From NCBI RefSeq assembly GCF_009914755.1, contig NC_060935.1: DNA of 64,000 nt. One strand, 5' to 3'. Below the pieces are notes generated by a model, which was not told where the DNA came from, did not search any database, and worked only from the letters and a program-made list of their open reading frames with translations. This document shows positions 1-14,929 of the stretch, piece by piece. The DNA comes from the human T2T-CHM13v2.0 reference genome, Homo sapiens. Within the stretch, counting starts at the first letter, position 1; each line of letters opens with the position of its first letter. The translations under genes were made by a program, and so were the position numbers.

Positions 1-97
1 AACCATACCTGCCTTGATCATTGTATCCTTAGCAGTCAGTACAGTGCTTGATACAGTATGCTCTCAATTTAAAAAATAAATTGTTGAATGATTGATT
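1..97 (+). mobile_element. L2 LINE 3' end fragment
   Basis: agtacagtgcttgatacagtatgctctcaat...ttgttgaatgattga resembles the L2 3' terminus. Confidence 0.5.
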
Positions 98-329
98 AAA
101 ATGTTATATGTAAAATGCATTAAAATCTCAGGAGCACTGCATGTAAATTATGATGTCACATTCTAATGACAGACATTTAGTGAATGCACTATATATTTTT
201 TTCCTGCAACAAGACTTTTATATATTCTATTTCTAAGCCTGGAGAAATCTTTCTGTGGTGTCTTCCTAGTGGTTGCTACTCCCCATTCCAACATCTGGTA
301 ATGCAGCATTTCTTCAGATGCACTTTTCT

Positions 330-520
330 GACCCCTCTAACAATCCATCTTCTCTTATTGCATCCTTTCATATATTCACTACCCTCTCTCACAGCACTTT
401 AACCTTCCTAATTTTATATGTCATTGTGTAAATATTTGCTTAATGTATGCTTCTCTGTCTAGACAGTAAGCCTCATGATGTCAGGGGCCCTGCATGATTT
501 TGCTAATTACTGTATCTCCT
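330..520 (+). mobile_element. L2 LINE fragment
   Basis: ctagacagtaagcctcatgatgtcagggg resembles L2 ctagactgtaagctccatgagggcaggg. Confidence 0.45.
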
Positions 521-1399
521 CTTCTATTTTTTATTTGATTTATAGATCAGTTCTTTGGATTTAGCTACTGTGAGATGATAATCCAGAGATAGGCAATATC
601 CATTGGAACATCCCTTCATTCAGATGCACATTCATTTTTTATTCTTTCTAGAGTGCCTACTCAGTGCCAGCACAGTGCCAAGTATTACTCTGGTGTACCT
701 AGTTGTGTATAAAGGGTTAATATCAGGCCTGGGCTGATAAAGAACTGAAAACTCAGTGTCTGTCTTCTCACAGCCCTGTTTCCTTGGAAACTACAGAGTT
801 AAGATAAATGTGGAATGTTGTGTCTGCCTGATTTGCCGTTTGGGACTACACCTGGATTGGGGCAGCTAGGATTTGGCATGAAGACCTTGGTCCTATGTAA
901 ATACAGTTATAAAAGATGGCTGGGAAATAACGGAGCAGTTTATCTGGGTCTAAATGACCCATACACGTCTTGGGTTTTAACAGAAGCAACCATATGTGTC
1001 TTATATGGACACAGGGACTAAAGAATCTGTGAACTCAGGTAGCTGACACCTGCCCTTCAATGAAGATAAAATAAATGCTGAATCTCTTGACCTATATAAC
1101 TAAAGAAACTCAGATTGAAGCCTCTTTGTGCCTTATGGGACTGATTGTCTTCTCAAGCTTGTAACACCTGTGGTGGATACACTGACAAAATCTAGGACGG
1201 ATCCTCCAAAGCCTAAACTATGTGTTCACCTGAAGAAACTACTTTCATAGCACATGCTCCTTCTAAGGTCCCAGTTCCTGTCTTGCCAGCCTTTCTCTTT
1301 TGCTCTGTTTACTCTGTTGCAGCTTCTGATGTGCTTAGGATGTCATGATGATCAGCATCGCAGTAGGAGAATGACCAAGGGTCATCTCCCAGACCAGTG

Positions 1400-1660
1400 A
1401 CTTCCTGGCTCCATGATGTTGGCAAACGATTTAATTTTGTACATCCGTTTTTTTTTTCTTCTGCAAAATGAGCTCATACTGGAGAAGTAGTAGAGCAAAC
1501 TCATTAAAAATGCACTGTCTGCAGCCAGGCTTCATAAGTTGAACTACCATTAGTAAACAGTTGTGTGTCCATGGCCAAGGTACCACACCTCTCTGGCCTC
1601 TGTTTCCTCATCTACAAAATAGAACAATTAAACCTACATTATAGAGATACTATGAGAATA
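1400..1660 (+). mobile_element. MIR SINE fragments (two cores)
   Basis: acctctctggcctctgtttcctcatctacaaaatag is the MIR core; a second degenerate core lies at ~1410-1470. Confidence 0.6.
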
Positions 1661-1821
1661 TAAAAAGTGTATGTGTTTGTGTATATTCTCATAGTATATA
1701 TATATATATATAGAGAGAGAGATAGAGATGTATGTGTATATTCTCATAGTGTGTATATATATATATATAAAACTCTGTATACTCTGTATAGAGTTACTAT
1801 GAGAATACACACACACACACA
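1640..1821. repeat. Complex (TA)n/(GA)n/(CA)n repeat with direct and inverted copies of actatgagaata
   Basis: tactatgagaata at 1648 and 1795; reverse-complement tattctcatagt at 1684 and 1739. Confidence 0.85.
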
Positions 1822-2438
1822 TCTCACATAGTTGGTACGATGTGCAGAATATAGTAAATTATCAACAAATGCCAGCTATTAACTATAATTATGATTACAT
1901 TCAAATTTCAATATAACTCTGCTTCTTCCACTGTTTTTACTTCAAAAGTAATGAAATAGGTCATTAGCCTGGGAAGATGAACTGGTCAACAAAGAGCTAC
2001 AGATTCCAAATCTTTTGTTTTCTTTCATGAAAACAAAAAATGAAACACAACTACTCCAGAATGGTTACTTTTACTTTCCTAGACTGGAGAAACAATGGAA
2101 TTATGACAACATGAGATAGCATAATTCACAAGCAGCAAATTATTTGAAAAAGAGCAAGAAAATCAGGACACATATGAAGTCGCCATGGTGACCCAGAAAA
2201 AACATTTGGATTGGCTCTATTTAATATTTATTCCTCCTTATTTTACAAAAGATTTTATACAAGTGGATATGTCTTGTCTTTTCTCTAGAGGCCTCGTTTT
2301 CTCCTATAAAATGAAAGATTCAAATGAAATAACTTCTACAGCCATTTTTAGTTCTAAGTTTCTACTACCTATTCAAGTTAAGGAAAATCAAGCTAAGAAT
2401 TGCCAAGTCTCTGATACTAATGAACAACAATATATTTA

Positions 2439-2736
2439 TAGTCAGGTATCATTAGGCCATTCAATTGGGTGAACATCAGAGTGTACTTACACTTACCTAG
2501 ATGGCATAGCCTACTACACATCTAGGCTATAGGGTATAGCCTAGTTCTCCTAGACTGCAACCTATAATGGCATGTTACTGTGCTGAATGCTGTAGGCAAT
2601 TGTAACACAATGCTAGTTATTTGTGTTCCTAAACATAGAAAAGGTGCAGTAAAAATATGGTATCATAATCTTATGGGAGCACCGTCATGTAGTCAATCCC
2701 TCCTTGACAGAAACGTCATTATGCAGCCCATGACTC
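2439..2736 (+). mobile_element. Tigger3a-like (TcMar-Tigger) non-autonomous DNA transposon with small 5' internal deletion
   Basis: gagtgtacttacac...cctagatggcatagcctactacaca...aaacgtcattatgcagcccatgactc; TA dinucleotides on both sides. Confidence 0.85.
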
Positions 2737-3029
2737 TATATCTTTTTCTTAGCCAAAAATAATGTGTAACTGAACTTCCTTTTCAATTAATCATACCAGA
2801 GATTTTTATTTTAAGATTCGTGTAACTTAAATTCTTCATCTGCTTATTTTAAGTTTTGTGAAGAATTTCCATTTGCCTGTGTGGAAACTGAATACTGAGC
2901 CTCTCCCAGAATCTAAAGTCATGTTTGTCTCCCACACAGTCCAATTCTGAAATGTTTTCATGACATTTTCATTGGTTCAATAAATTACTCCGCAATATAT
3001 ACTTGCCTTTCCTTTTCCCCCATCAAGCA

Positions 3030-3064
3030 TAAATAAATAAATAAATAAATAAATAAATACAAAT
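3030..3064. repeat. (TAAA)n microsatellite
   Basis: Tetranucleotide run seen directly. Confidence 0.95.
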
Positions 3065-3589
3065 GAACCCTGTGTCAGCTGTGAAGACTTTCCTACTTGC
3101 CTCACCCACACTCACCCAACTCACCTGGCAGCTGTTCATAGAGATCATTTCAATTAAAGAAGAAATCACTTTTAATCAGGGACCCTGGTTGGCTTTGTGC
3201 TGTCTTGTGGTAAAGTTTTCTCAAGTTCCACAGATGCACTGTGGATGATTCAAACTCCTTTGTCATTCATTATGTTTGTACAAGAGTTTAACGTGAGGGG
3301 GCTGGTTTGGAAATAATTAATTGCTTTTGTGAGCTGGGGAGGAGTCCCTCAGATACAGCTCTCTGGGGCTAGAGGACACCATGGCAATGTTCTTAGCCAA
3401 TATTCTAGTGAAAGAGCCTATAGACAATTCAAACCATAGGCTGGGAAGTCTCATGCATAACAGGCCTCAGTACAACAATGGATTATCGTTACATCCCTCT
3501 ATTTGTTGAGGATAGAATCAGAGTTGGAAGTTAACGTGATGTCTAGGTATGCTGTGCCCAGCTGTCATGGAAATCAGAAACTATAATGC

Positions 3590-3775
3590 CACAGAGAGGA
3601 GTATGAGCTTTGGAATTCAAATGAGACATGCCCTTTACAAGTTATGTATTTAATGTCCTTGAGACTTAGACTTCACATCTGAAAAACGGGGAAAAATATA
3701 CTCAACTTTATAGGATTGTTACCAAAATTAACCAAGATATTTTGTGTAAGGTGTTTAATATTGTGCTCAATTGAT
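3590..3775 (+). mobile_element. MIR SINE
   Basis: cttcacatctgaaaaacgggga...ataggattgtt...gtgtaaggtgttta. Confidence 0.55.
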
Positions 3776-4789
3776 ACTTCTTCTTAGTATTATTCTTAGG
3801 CCCAAGTGATGGATGTGATTCCCTTTGACTCACTAAATTTCATGTGGTAAAATACCCACCCCAGAGTTCTAGGCTAATTTTCCAAACACATGCTTTTAAG
3901 TATAGTAAGAGTCTGCACAGAGTCAAAAATAAGAGCATGCACACCGCTATTTCTATAGAGACATCTGAGACTGAATATTTCAGAGAATGATGTATGGAAT
4001 CATTTTAATAGATTTTATACCCATGTGAAGGGCAATGCATGGCATTTTTATGATGCACAAATGAGTTTGAAGATGATCCTTAAACTCCAGAAAGACTAAT
4101 GTAAACAGGAAAAGTGAGGAGATCAAGAAATGTCCTCTGCTGTGATAGATAAGTAATCCTCAAATGGTTTTAGAGCTTACAACAGTGCATTGTTAGCACA
4201 TGGGGCTTTGGCCATTACCGGGCTGCTACAATTTATGATAGACCACACCCTAAAGCTAGCCAGAAAGGAGGATGCACTCTGAGGTTCTATTAATATTTTA
4301 ATCTACATATGGCAACAGTACCACTTCAACCCAAGCATAATTAGTCAGGCAACATTCTTCAAATGGCAGTGTAATCTGGTGGGAACTATTCCCTTCCAAA
4401 TGTACTGCTACAGATGCTTCTTATCCAAAGCTACCTAGGAGACTGAAGGCAATTTTTTAAACAGTCATAGAGAGAAACAGTGAATATCTTTTAAGCTATT
4501 AGAGATATCAGTGTATTTACATAGTTTTAGGCATAACAAAATAGTTAGCATACAGTGTATGTGAGGAGACCTAGTTCATTGTGCTTTTTTATGATTTTTA
4601 AAGGGGTGATAAACTTGAACATCTATGAAAATATTGAACCTTTTGTGGCACATCTCTAGCATGCATTGGCTGAAGAAGGATAGTGGATTTCACTCTCCAA
4701 GTGTGAATTCTTCATCTTGACAGATGAAATACTGTTCTTAATATTCATTATTAAATATTGTTTCATAAGACACAGAATTATTTGGTACT

Positions 4790-4980
4790 TCTATATTCAA
4801 CACACTAGACACTTGTATTTATGTTCATTCCATTTGATATTTATTTCCGTTCTAACAATGTTACTATCCCCATTTTAAGGCTGAAAGAAAGCCATACACA
4901 GATGATGGTAACCAACTTGCTCATGCTCTCATAGCTAGAATGGCAGAGTTGGGTTATGAATTCATTAATTGAAAGCCTGA
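4790..4980 (-). mobile_element. MIR SINE
   Basis: tactatccccatttta...aacttgctcatgctctcatagctagaatggcagagttggg. Confidence 0.55.
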
Positions 4981-7049
4981 TATTCTCTTTCCTAAGTTAA
5001 AAATGAGGATAATAATTGAGAAGTGGGGTCTGGGGGAGTCCAAAACCCTGCCAGGACTGCAGAGCTCCTCCTTAAAGCAGGCACCTCTTCCAACGTAGTA
5101 ACAATTGTAAAAACATGAGGTTCCTTTTTTCAAACATACCTCTACTTAATGAGCACCTATGATTTGTCCAGCATGTTTTAGACGCTAATAAATAAAGCAA
5201 GAGAGAGAGAAAGAAGGAGAAAGAAAAAATCTTTTAAAATAAGCTTATCACCAACAAATCCATCTAAAGAGCAGCTCCATGACTCAGTTATTGCAAAACA
5301 GTGGTTAATCCAAAAATCTTCTGCTTTGTGCTCATTTTGGAAGCAGGTCCATGACCCACAGCACGAAGTGCTGGCCATACAACTGGACCAATGCTTCCAA
5401 AAACATAACTGAATTCTGTTGTGTTACAAACTTTGGACCAGGGGTTTACAGAACAGGAGTAACATTAATACATTTTGTAATCTTGCTCCTGAATGAAAGA
5501 CTTGGTTGTTTGAGATCCAGAAATTAAGTCATTTAAAATGCCAATTTACTCATTAAATCATTTATATGATAACCTACAAGTTATCCATTTTGGAAAAAAA
5601 AAAAGACACTTTACAAAAACATTAAGCCCCTCTAAAAAACTGAAGCTCTAAAGATGAAAAAAAATCACTACACCATGGAAACAATTATCAAAATAGACCT
5701 AAGCATGTAGACTTAATTACTGATTCTTGTAAAGTATGTGTATAAATAGTTTGACTTTGTAAATAAATGCTGATATCTGACAGCTACTTAGTAAAATAAA
5801 ATTTCATTACAAACTCTTAAATTTTATTCATTATGTGTTGTAAATACAAAAGTGGAAAGGGAACAACACGAGAACCTCTCATTTGATTAGGAAATTGTTT
5901 ATACTCTTACCAAGTGAATATGAGCTGTTTTTTGTTGTTGATTTTTCTCCCCAAGTACTTCATATCTTAGTTTTAGGCTTGTTTTTCTGTAACACAGTTT
6001 TGATATTTCTTTCAGGTCTTATCACTTATATGCATTTACTAATCCTTCAAGGTCTTCTTACTGAAAAGTTCATCAAATCTTCCCTTGAAGAGTTGACACT
6101 CAAAGTCTTCTACCATTAAGCTTCCTTTCCAACATTATCGTCCACTCTCCCCTTTCAAATGTGGCCTCTGTTTTGATATATTATTTGCTTATATTGCTCA
6201 TTCCACATATGATTTTCTTCTAAACCTACTCATCCTGAAATGCAGTGACAAAACCAAGTAGGGCTCCCATGAGCCAAACACAATCCCCCGTAATATCGAT
6301 TTGTCCCCATAAATGAGTCTAAATAAATACACCTTCTAAATTGGCATAAGCCACAAAGACTGGTGAAGGTTAGGAGACTGATGGTAGACACTCAGCTTCA
6401 ATGTGAGGTTATTTGCTTGAGGTTACTATTCAACCTGCAAATAAACAGTTCAATGGAAACACAAGATCAAGGGTACAAGTTAGGGGACAAGGCCCTGTAA
6501 TTCCTTTTTTTGTTTTGTAGAGATGTACACTGAAATTTAGGCCATTAGTTAGCCCATTAGAATGACAGATATGCCTAATAGAGTAAATCAGAGCCACAGA
6601 CTCATAACATTTGTCATTTGTGGCTGGGGATCAGACCATGTGAAGAGCAAAGGGTGCAATTATTGGCGTATCTGAGTTTATTACTATACCAGAGTTACAT
6701 ACTATTTCATTCAATATCTTCCTGGACTATTGGGTTTGTAGCTGGCTGGGCAGTGCCCTATCATATAAATAAGATAGCATGTGCTTGTTCTGCACACATA
6801 ACCCAAAGATGACTCACATAGGTGGGGGCACCCTCTCAGCTAACCCTTCAACCTCATCACTACTCATAAACCACTTCTAAGCTGTTTCGAGATAATGTTT
6901 CAAGGCCAAACTGAAATACAAACAATGTGGAATATTTTCTAGATATATCCATTTTCTTTCTACAACTGAGAGTAACTTTTCCCTTCAAAACATCAAAAGT
7001 GCCTTGGACTGCTCTTGGGATTCCCACATTCTATTTTCCATGAAAACCA

Positions 7050-7190
7050 CTGGAGTGTGTATCTCGTTTCCCTTACCAGACTGAAAGCTCCTTGGAAACA
7101 AGGATTCAAATTGGATTAACTTTTTATTGTTTCCCAGTTGCTTAGCACAAGACCTGGCCAACAATATTCTTTGAATTCACGAATGGATGA
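7050..7190 (+). mobile_element. L2 3' end
   Basis: accagactgaaagctccttggaaacaagga...cttagcacaagacctggc...gaatggatga. Confidence 0.55.
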
Positions 7191-7599
7191 AAAAAAAGTC
7201 AGTCACATCTGGTATCATGGACATAAATATATCACGCAAGCATGGTATTGGCCAGAGACTTTATTATGCTAATTATTAAAAGGGAAAAAAATAGGTGGGT
7301 AAAAGAATATTGATTTATTTTGCTGCTTGGACAAGATAGTTAATTCTCCTCATCCACATGCCTGTGGTCCTTGCTCAACTCTGGATCCTGACTTTTCATC
7401 CCCACCAGCATCATGAAGAGAGAAGCCAAAAAGAAAATCACAAATGCTTTCAGATGTCAAATGAAAGAGCTACTTACAGAGCAAATGCACTTGCTTATCC
7501 CACTGTTAAATGAGAATGATCTGAGAAAAATGCATTTCTGCATCTTTAAAAAAGTAGAATAAGGCAAACTTGATTTTGTACGATTCTCAAATGAAACAA

Positions 7600-8553
7600 T
7601 CAGTGATATAAAATGGCGAGAATTAAAAAGATGAAAGTTAACAAGTGTTGGCAAGAATGTGGAGAAAAGGGAACTCTGGTTCATTGTTGGTAGGAATATA
7701 AATTAGTACAGCCATTTTGGAAAAAAATATGAAATTTCCTCAAAACACTAGAAATAGAATCACCATATAATCCAGCAATCCCGTGCATGGGTATATATTC
7801 GAAAAAAATTAAAATCAATATGTTGAAGAGCTATCTACACTCCCAAGTTAATTTCAGCATTCTTCACAATAGCAAAGATATGGAAACACCCTAAGTGTCC
7901 ATCAAGAGATGAATGGATAAAGAAAATGTGGTGTGTGTATTATTAATATATATTAATTTAGTCTATGTTATAATATCTATATTATAGTAATAGATATTCC
8001 TTCTTTATAAATGCTGTGTAGTCTTCCATTGCCTCTGGAATATATGCAATATATCCATCACATATTCCATATGCAATGGAATACTATACAGCTTTTATAA
8101 AGAAGGAAAGTCTATTATTTGCAATAACATAGATGAACCTGGAGGGCATTACACTAAGTGACATAAGCCAGGCACAGAGAAACAAACACTGCATGATCTC
8201 ACTCTTTTGTAGAATCTAAAAATTTGAACTCATACAAGCAGAGAGTGAAATAGTGGTTAAAAGAGGTTGGGGTGAGAGGTGATGGGGAAAGGGAAGATAA
8301 TGGTGAATGGGTACAAATTTCATTTAGAATAAATAAGTTTTAGTGATCTATTGTACAACATGATCATAGTTAATATTGTATTATATATTTCAAAATGTGA
8401 AAAGCATGCATTTAAATAATCTCACAAGGTAGATGAGACGATGAATATGTTAGTTAGCTTTATTTATCTTTCTATAGTATGTGCATATATTAAAATGTTT
8501 AAAATGTCACATTGTACTCCACAAATAGATAGAATTATTTTTGTCAATTAAAC
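7600..8553 (+). mobile_element. L1MA-type LINE-1 3' fragment (ORF2 C-terminus and 3' UTR)
   Basis: aacaagtgttggcaagaatgtggagaaaagggaac...tccagcaatcc...atgaacctggagggcattacactaagtg...ttgtcaattaaa. Confidence 0.85.
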
Positions 8554-8559
8554 ATTTTA

Positions 8560-8788
8560 GGCTAGGCACAGTGGCTCACGCCTGTAATCTCACCATTTTG
8601 GGAGGCCAAGACAGGTGGATCACTTGAGGACAGGAGTTCGAGACCAGGCTGGCCAACACAGCAAATCCTCATGCCTACTAAAAATACAAAAATTAGCTAG
8701 ACATGATGGCACACACTTGTAATCCCAGCTACTCGGGAGACTGAAGCAAAAAAAAAAAAGAAAGAAAGAAAAAGAAAAAGAAAAAAAT
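8560..8788 (+). mobile_element. AluS/J-type element lacking the distal ~90 nt of the right arm
   Basis: Full left arm and A5TACA5 linker; right arm stops at gagactgaagca and is followed by an A-rich tail. Confidence 0.9.
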
Positions 8789-8929
8789 ATCAGCTTCTTC
8801 CAAAATGAAAGATAAAATGATAAAACTGAGAGAATAAGAGAACAAAAGAAAAGCATTGTCCCTTCCATTTCTTTATGTGATTTATGTATCCCCTGAACAG
8901 AAAGGGAATGAATTAGCCTTCAGAGCATG

Positions 8930-9120
8930 TAACTGTGTTCTGGGTACTGAAGGCACTTGATGTTGCTTATCCAGTGAGGAGCCCTGACAACCCATGAAAT
9001 CTCCATTCCACCAATGAGGACGTCAGAAAATAGAAAGGAACTTGCCCAGAGTCACATAGGTCCATGCATCAGACCTAAGACCCAAACACAGACATCTCTG
9101 TCTCTAAAGTTCATGCTGTC
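8930..9120 (-). mobile_element. MIR SINE
   Basis: ccattccaccaatgaggacg...aacttgcccagagtcacatag. Confidence 0.55.
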
Positions 9121-10249
9121 TAGTCTCTCTTGGCTGAACAAGTACAGGACTATTTTGTGATAATTATATGAGGACAGAATATTACAGAATGACTATTTAA
9201 GGAGAAAACTGCAACTGTTGTGAGAAACCAAAAATGATCTGATGTTAGCAAGAGGTTCTAGTGCCAAGGAGGTTAATTAAAAGTAGATATTTAATAAAGT
9301 TTACACTGCAACAGCAGAATGGCAGCTGTAATCAAATCCAGGAGAAGAAGAAAATATACAGGCTCCCAGTGTTGTGAAGGACAGAGCTATTTCTGAAATC
9401 AAAACAATAACATGAAGAGATTACATTTTGACCCATTTCCTGGCATAAGAACTTGGTATTTCCAGATTGCTTCAGAACACCAATAATCTTACCACAGCTT
9501 GAAAATATTATTTAGGATCAACAGATTGGCAGACAATGTTGGGCATGGATGCTGAGGCACTTGAAACAGATTTATCTATTACTTAAATTAAAAATGTTAT
9601 TTATGTTTTATATGCAGAGATGGCTTGGGGGCCAGATGGCTATACAATCTCATATTACAAAGCTCACAAAGTACATTTGATTTGGGTTTTGAACTTACAG
9701 TTTCCACATTTTAAAAAGGAATTTTATTAAAGCTGCACATAGACCCCATTCTCAGTAATTAAAAATGGCTTTTAAACGCTTCTAAAAAACTTGTAGCAGA
9801 CAGAGAACGCAGATTTATTTATAGGATGATTTGTGAGGGCAAGTGATCTGGCATGAATGGTTATTTTCCCTACACATTTATATTTTCCTTTAATGCAAAC
9901 TAAGAAGAATCAAAATATTTTTAGTTATTAGGTATTAAGCCCTATTTCTAGAGGCTTCAGGCCACTGTTTCTAAGAAAAAATTGCTTTAGGAACACATGA
10001 AAATTTTTATCTACAAAATGACAAACTATTCCAATAAAAAGCAAAAAAAATATTTTTCAAATGTTTGAAAACACCTTGATATTTGTTAAAGTATAGCTTC
10101 TGGAAAATATATTTGGAATTTTGTATGTGAACCATGGAGAAATTATCACTTTTATTTGAATTAATAGTAGCTTTCTCTGAAAAGGAATATTCAGTAATGA
10201 TCTTCAAAAAATGATAAGAAAAAAGTAAATAAGATATCACCTTTAAGAG

Positions 10250-10770
<521 letters not shown>

Positions 10771-11885
10771 ATATGTGGATGTTCCACATGAAATTGCCAT
10801 TTCTGTAGGGCAAATGGTTAAATATTGGCAGCTAGATATGATATCATAAGGTTCAACTCAGCATTATAAATGCCAAATACCCTCAAAGGGAAAGTAGAAA
10901 GTGAACGTGTAACTTGCCCAACGAAATCAAAGTAGAAAAATTTCCCAAAATATGAGAAAACATCCAGCAATACTTATAGACATACAGCAATACTATAAGC
11001 TAAGAAATTGCATTGGGTTTTTAGAATGCCAAAAAGCACATTAAAGGATGTAATAGAGGGAAAATTATTTGATGAAATGTGGAAATTGAAGATGATGGGG
11101 AAGTAAGTATCCATATGCCTATTGTTTTTGCTGATGATTATTTTTAAAAAGGTATTCACAGATCAAACTGGAATCAAAGGAAAACAATATGGAAAATAAT
11201 AAATTCAGAATACTTTCTTGGTGAAGTATAAGTTCAGCTCAGCAAAGATAGTTCAATAATAGCAAAGAGAATTCTTTCTACCTGTCTATATTTTTTCAAG
11301 CTATGATTGAACATGTTTTCTTGGTTTTTCACATCCTCAAAGAAAAGTTGTGGAAATACTTTTAAAATTATTTAAAATGACCAGCAATGCCTATTTTACT
11401 TTCATGTGCTTTGAAGTTATTCAAGTGATCAGATTTTTTTTGTAGTAGTTGTTGAAAAAATATCAAGCAAACTTAAATTCACTTAATAAGGACCAAGCAT
11501 CCTCAAAACCTTGGAATAGCCTAGAATTCCCATTGTCTCTGCCTACACCCTCCAATTCTAATCTTGTCATGTATTCATCCTCATGCCAACCTTCAGGTAA
11601 AAATGTTCTCCAATTCACAAAAATGAATATATCTCTGAGATTCTTGATTATAATGAAACATTATTCAAATTGAATGTGTTTCTTAAATATATTTACTTCC
11701 AAAATGTAAGGCTTTCCAAAAACTGTACAATGCAAACTAGACACATTGTACCAGCCGTACATTCACAAAAAAGAATAAGTATGCATCATAATGAAAGGAA
11801 ATTAAAATATCAAGCAGAACAACCACAAAAAATTCCCACAGAATATGCTACAAGGCTCAGAACTTCTCTTCAAGTACTCATAGAA

Positions 11886-12830
<945 letters not shown>

Positions 12831-14740
12831 GAACCAAAAAACTATCGGGACCAAAGATACAGAGACAGTTTCCCCTATTTCATAAACTCAACTATAAGGA
12901 ATTTAGTATTTTGAGTTGACTCACAATAAAATATGCTTTCTAAATTTTAGTTCATTGAGAACAAAGGACTGTTCGGGAATCTTTGACAGTCAGCTCAAGG
13001 AAAATGTAAAAAGTTGGGGAAAGAGTGGCTGTAAAGTCTCAGAAAACCACATGTGGCATTTGGTTGAAGGAAGTATAAGCAGTGCACGTAGGAACTGGAA
13101 GCTTTTCAGATACCTATACTGTGTATCTTTCTGAGTCTAAATTTTTTTCTCGCATATGATATTTTCTTTGTACACATCCCATTCTTCTTTCTGCAGACTG
13201 AATTCCTCTGCTTATTCATAAAATTAGTATCCCCAAACTTCAAATTCTTTATGGCTTTGGTTTGCCAAAGTGAAGCTCCTACTTTGACACGGGGTGCCTT
13301 TTCAACCCTAGAGCCTTCTTCCTTCTGGATTCAGGCTTTTTGTCTCCTGATCCATGTTCTCTCAGGCCTCTGGATGGGTAATTTCAGTCTATGGTTGCTT
13401 TCCACTTACTTCAAGTATCCATCCCAGAAACAATTCATTATCACAATGGGAGAGTTTGGTAAGCGTGATTGCTCATTTTAGAAGCTGTCGTCAAATTGGA
13501 TTAATTTAGAAATGAAAGCTAAGCCTAGAAGAAACTGAGTTCATATCACAAACTTAAAAAAAAAAAAACCAACTTTTACACTTAGAAAAACTAAAACAAA
13601 CAAAAATTGAGTTTCCACACTAACCAACACCACCAGAACAGAATATAAAAAAGGCAGGTCAGGCTTAATAACTTACCTCTTAGCTTCTCTGATTAAGCAA
13701 GGCTTGAGCATGGGAAATCTTTGGTCCATTTTGTTCTGTTACATTTTCTAATAACCCACAACCACCTAAGTTATGAAATGCTATAAAACAGAATGTTTAT
13801 TCCCACTTTCAGCATTCATATATCATCTGCTCAAAGCTAGACTTTAAAGTTTGGAATGTGGAGAAGACACGTGCTTTATTGGTCTGCGGCATTCATGTTT
13901 TCTGTTGACACCATCACTCTTGAAAGACGGAGGAGAGAAAATGAGACATCACCTCTGGTTGAGTGGAATTCAATTGCAGAGGACCATGGCTGCGGAAAGC
14001 TTACAAAGTGCACTCAAATTTTCAAATCTCTGGACTTTCATGTGCAGGTAGACACTCTGGAGCCATCTAGTGGCATAACATCATTGAAATGAGAAGAGCC
14101 AGGGTTGAGAATTGAGGAAAAGTCCAAATGTAACTCCAGTGTAATCTAGCATAGTCTCACCCACATGGGTCATGATTTCAGGAAGGTAACTGATATGGCA
14201 AATGCCCTGGTTCTGGGAAGGAAACTGACAACCTATGATCCTGCCTCATTCCCTGTGACTGCAGTTTCTTCTAGCACTGTTCCTACATGTGCATCACCTG
14301 GTGACCTAGTTGGAGTGGAATTTATGAGCAACAGTTATTTTAATGAATCTGTTAGAAACAAAATACAAGACTGCGTTTAACCACTGCAAATTGTAACATG
14401 TCAGTGACTTTACCATTGTCTCTTAATTAGCTCCACCTATTTTCAAATAAGCAGCTTGGGGCCGAGATAGAGTTTCAAAGCGTTATTCAATGGTTTTAAG
14501 TTGTTAAGCTAGTGCTTTATTTTGACTGATATTTATGGGGCTGGAGGAATAGAAGAACTGGAGGCATTTTTTCCTTTCTCTAAAACTGAAAACCAATTCT
14601 CTCTATGATGATTTAGACTGGAGCTAAGATATAATACTTGGAAGAGGTTTTCCTTAGAAAGTGCACTACTGCACTGACAGTGACTTTCTATTCATACCAC
14701 CTCATTTCTTTTACTTGGTAAACTAAATTAAGCTCTAGGA

Positions 14741-14929
14741 CACTTGTTCTCAAACTTGAACATGCATCAGAATCAACTAAAAACCTGTTAAAATGCAGAT
14801 TGCTGGGCTTTATTGGAGTTTCTGCTTTAGATAGGTCTGGAGTAATGTTCAAGAATTTGCATTTATAAAAACTTCCAAGGAGATACTGATACTGTTGTTG
14901 GCTGAGGGACTGCACTTTGTAAGCTATTG
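14741..14929. mobile_element. MER5A (hAT-Charlie) MITE
   Basis: ttctcaaacttgaacatgcatcagaatca...aagaatttgcatt...gcactttg. Confidence 0.75.

Noticed and set aside
4212-4222. 11-mer ccattaccggg repeated near 38895
   Set aside because: Repeated 11-mers are expected by chance many times in 64 kb and the match does not extend.
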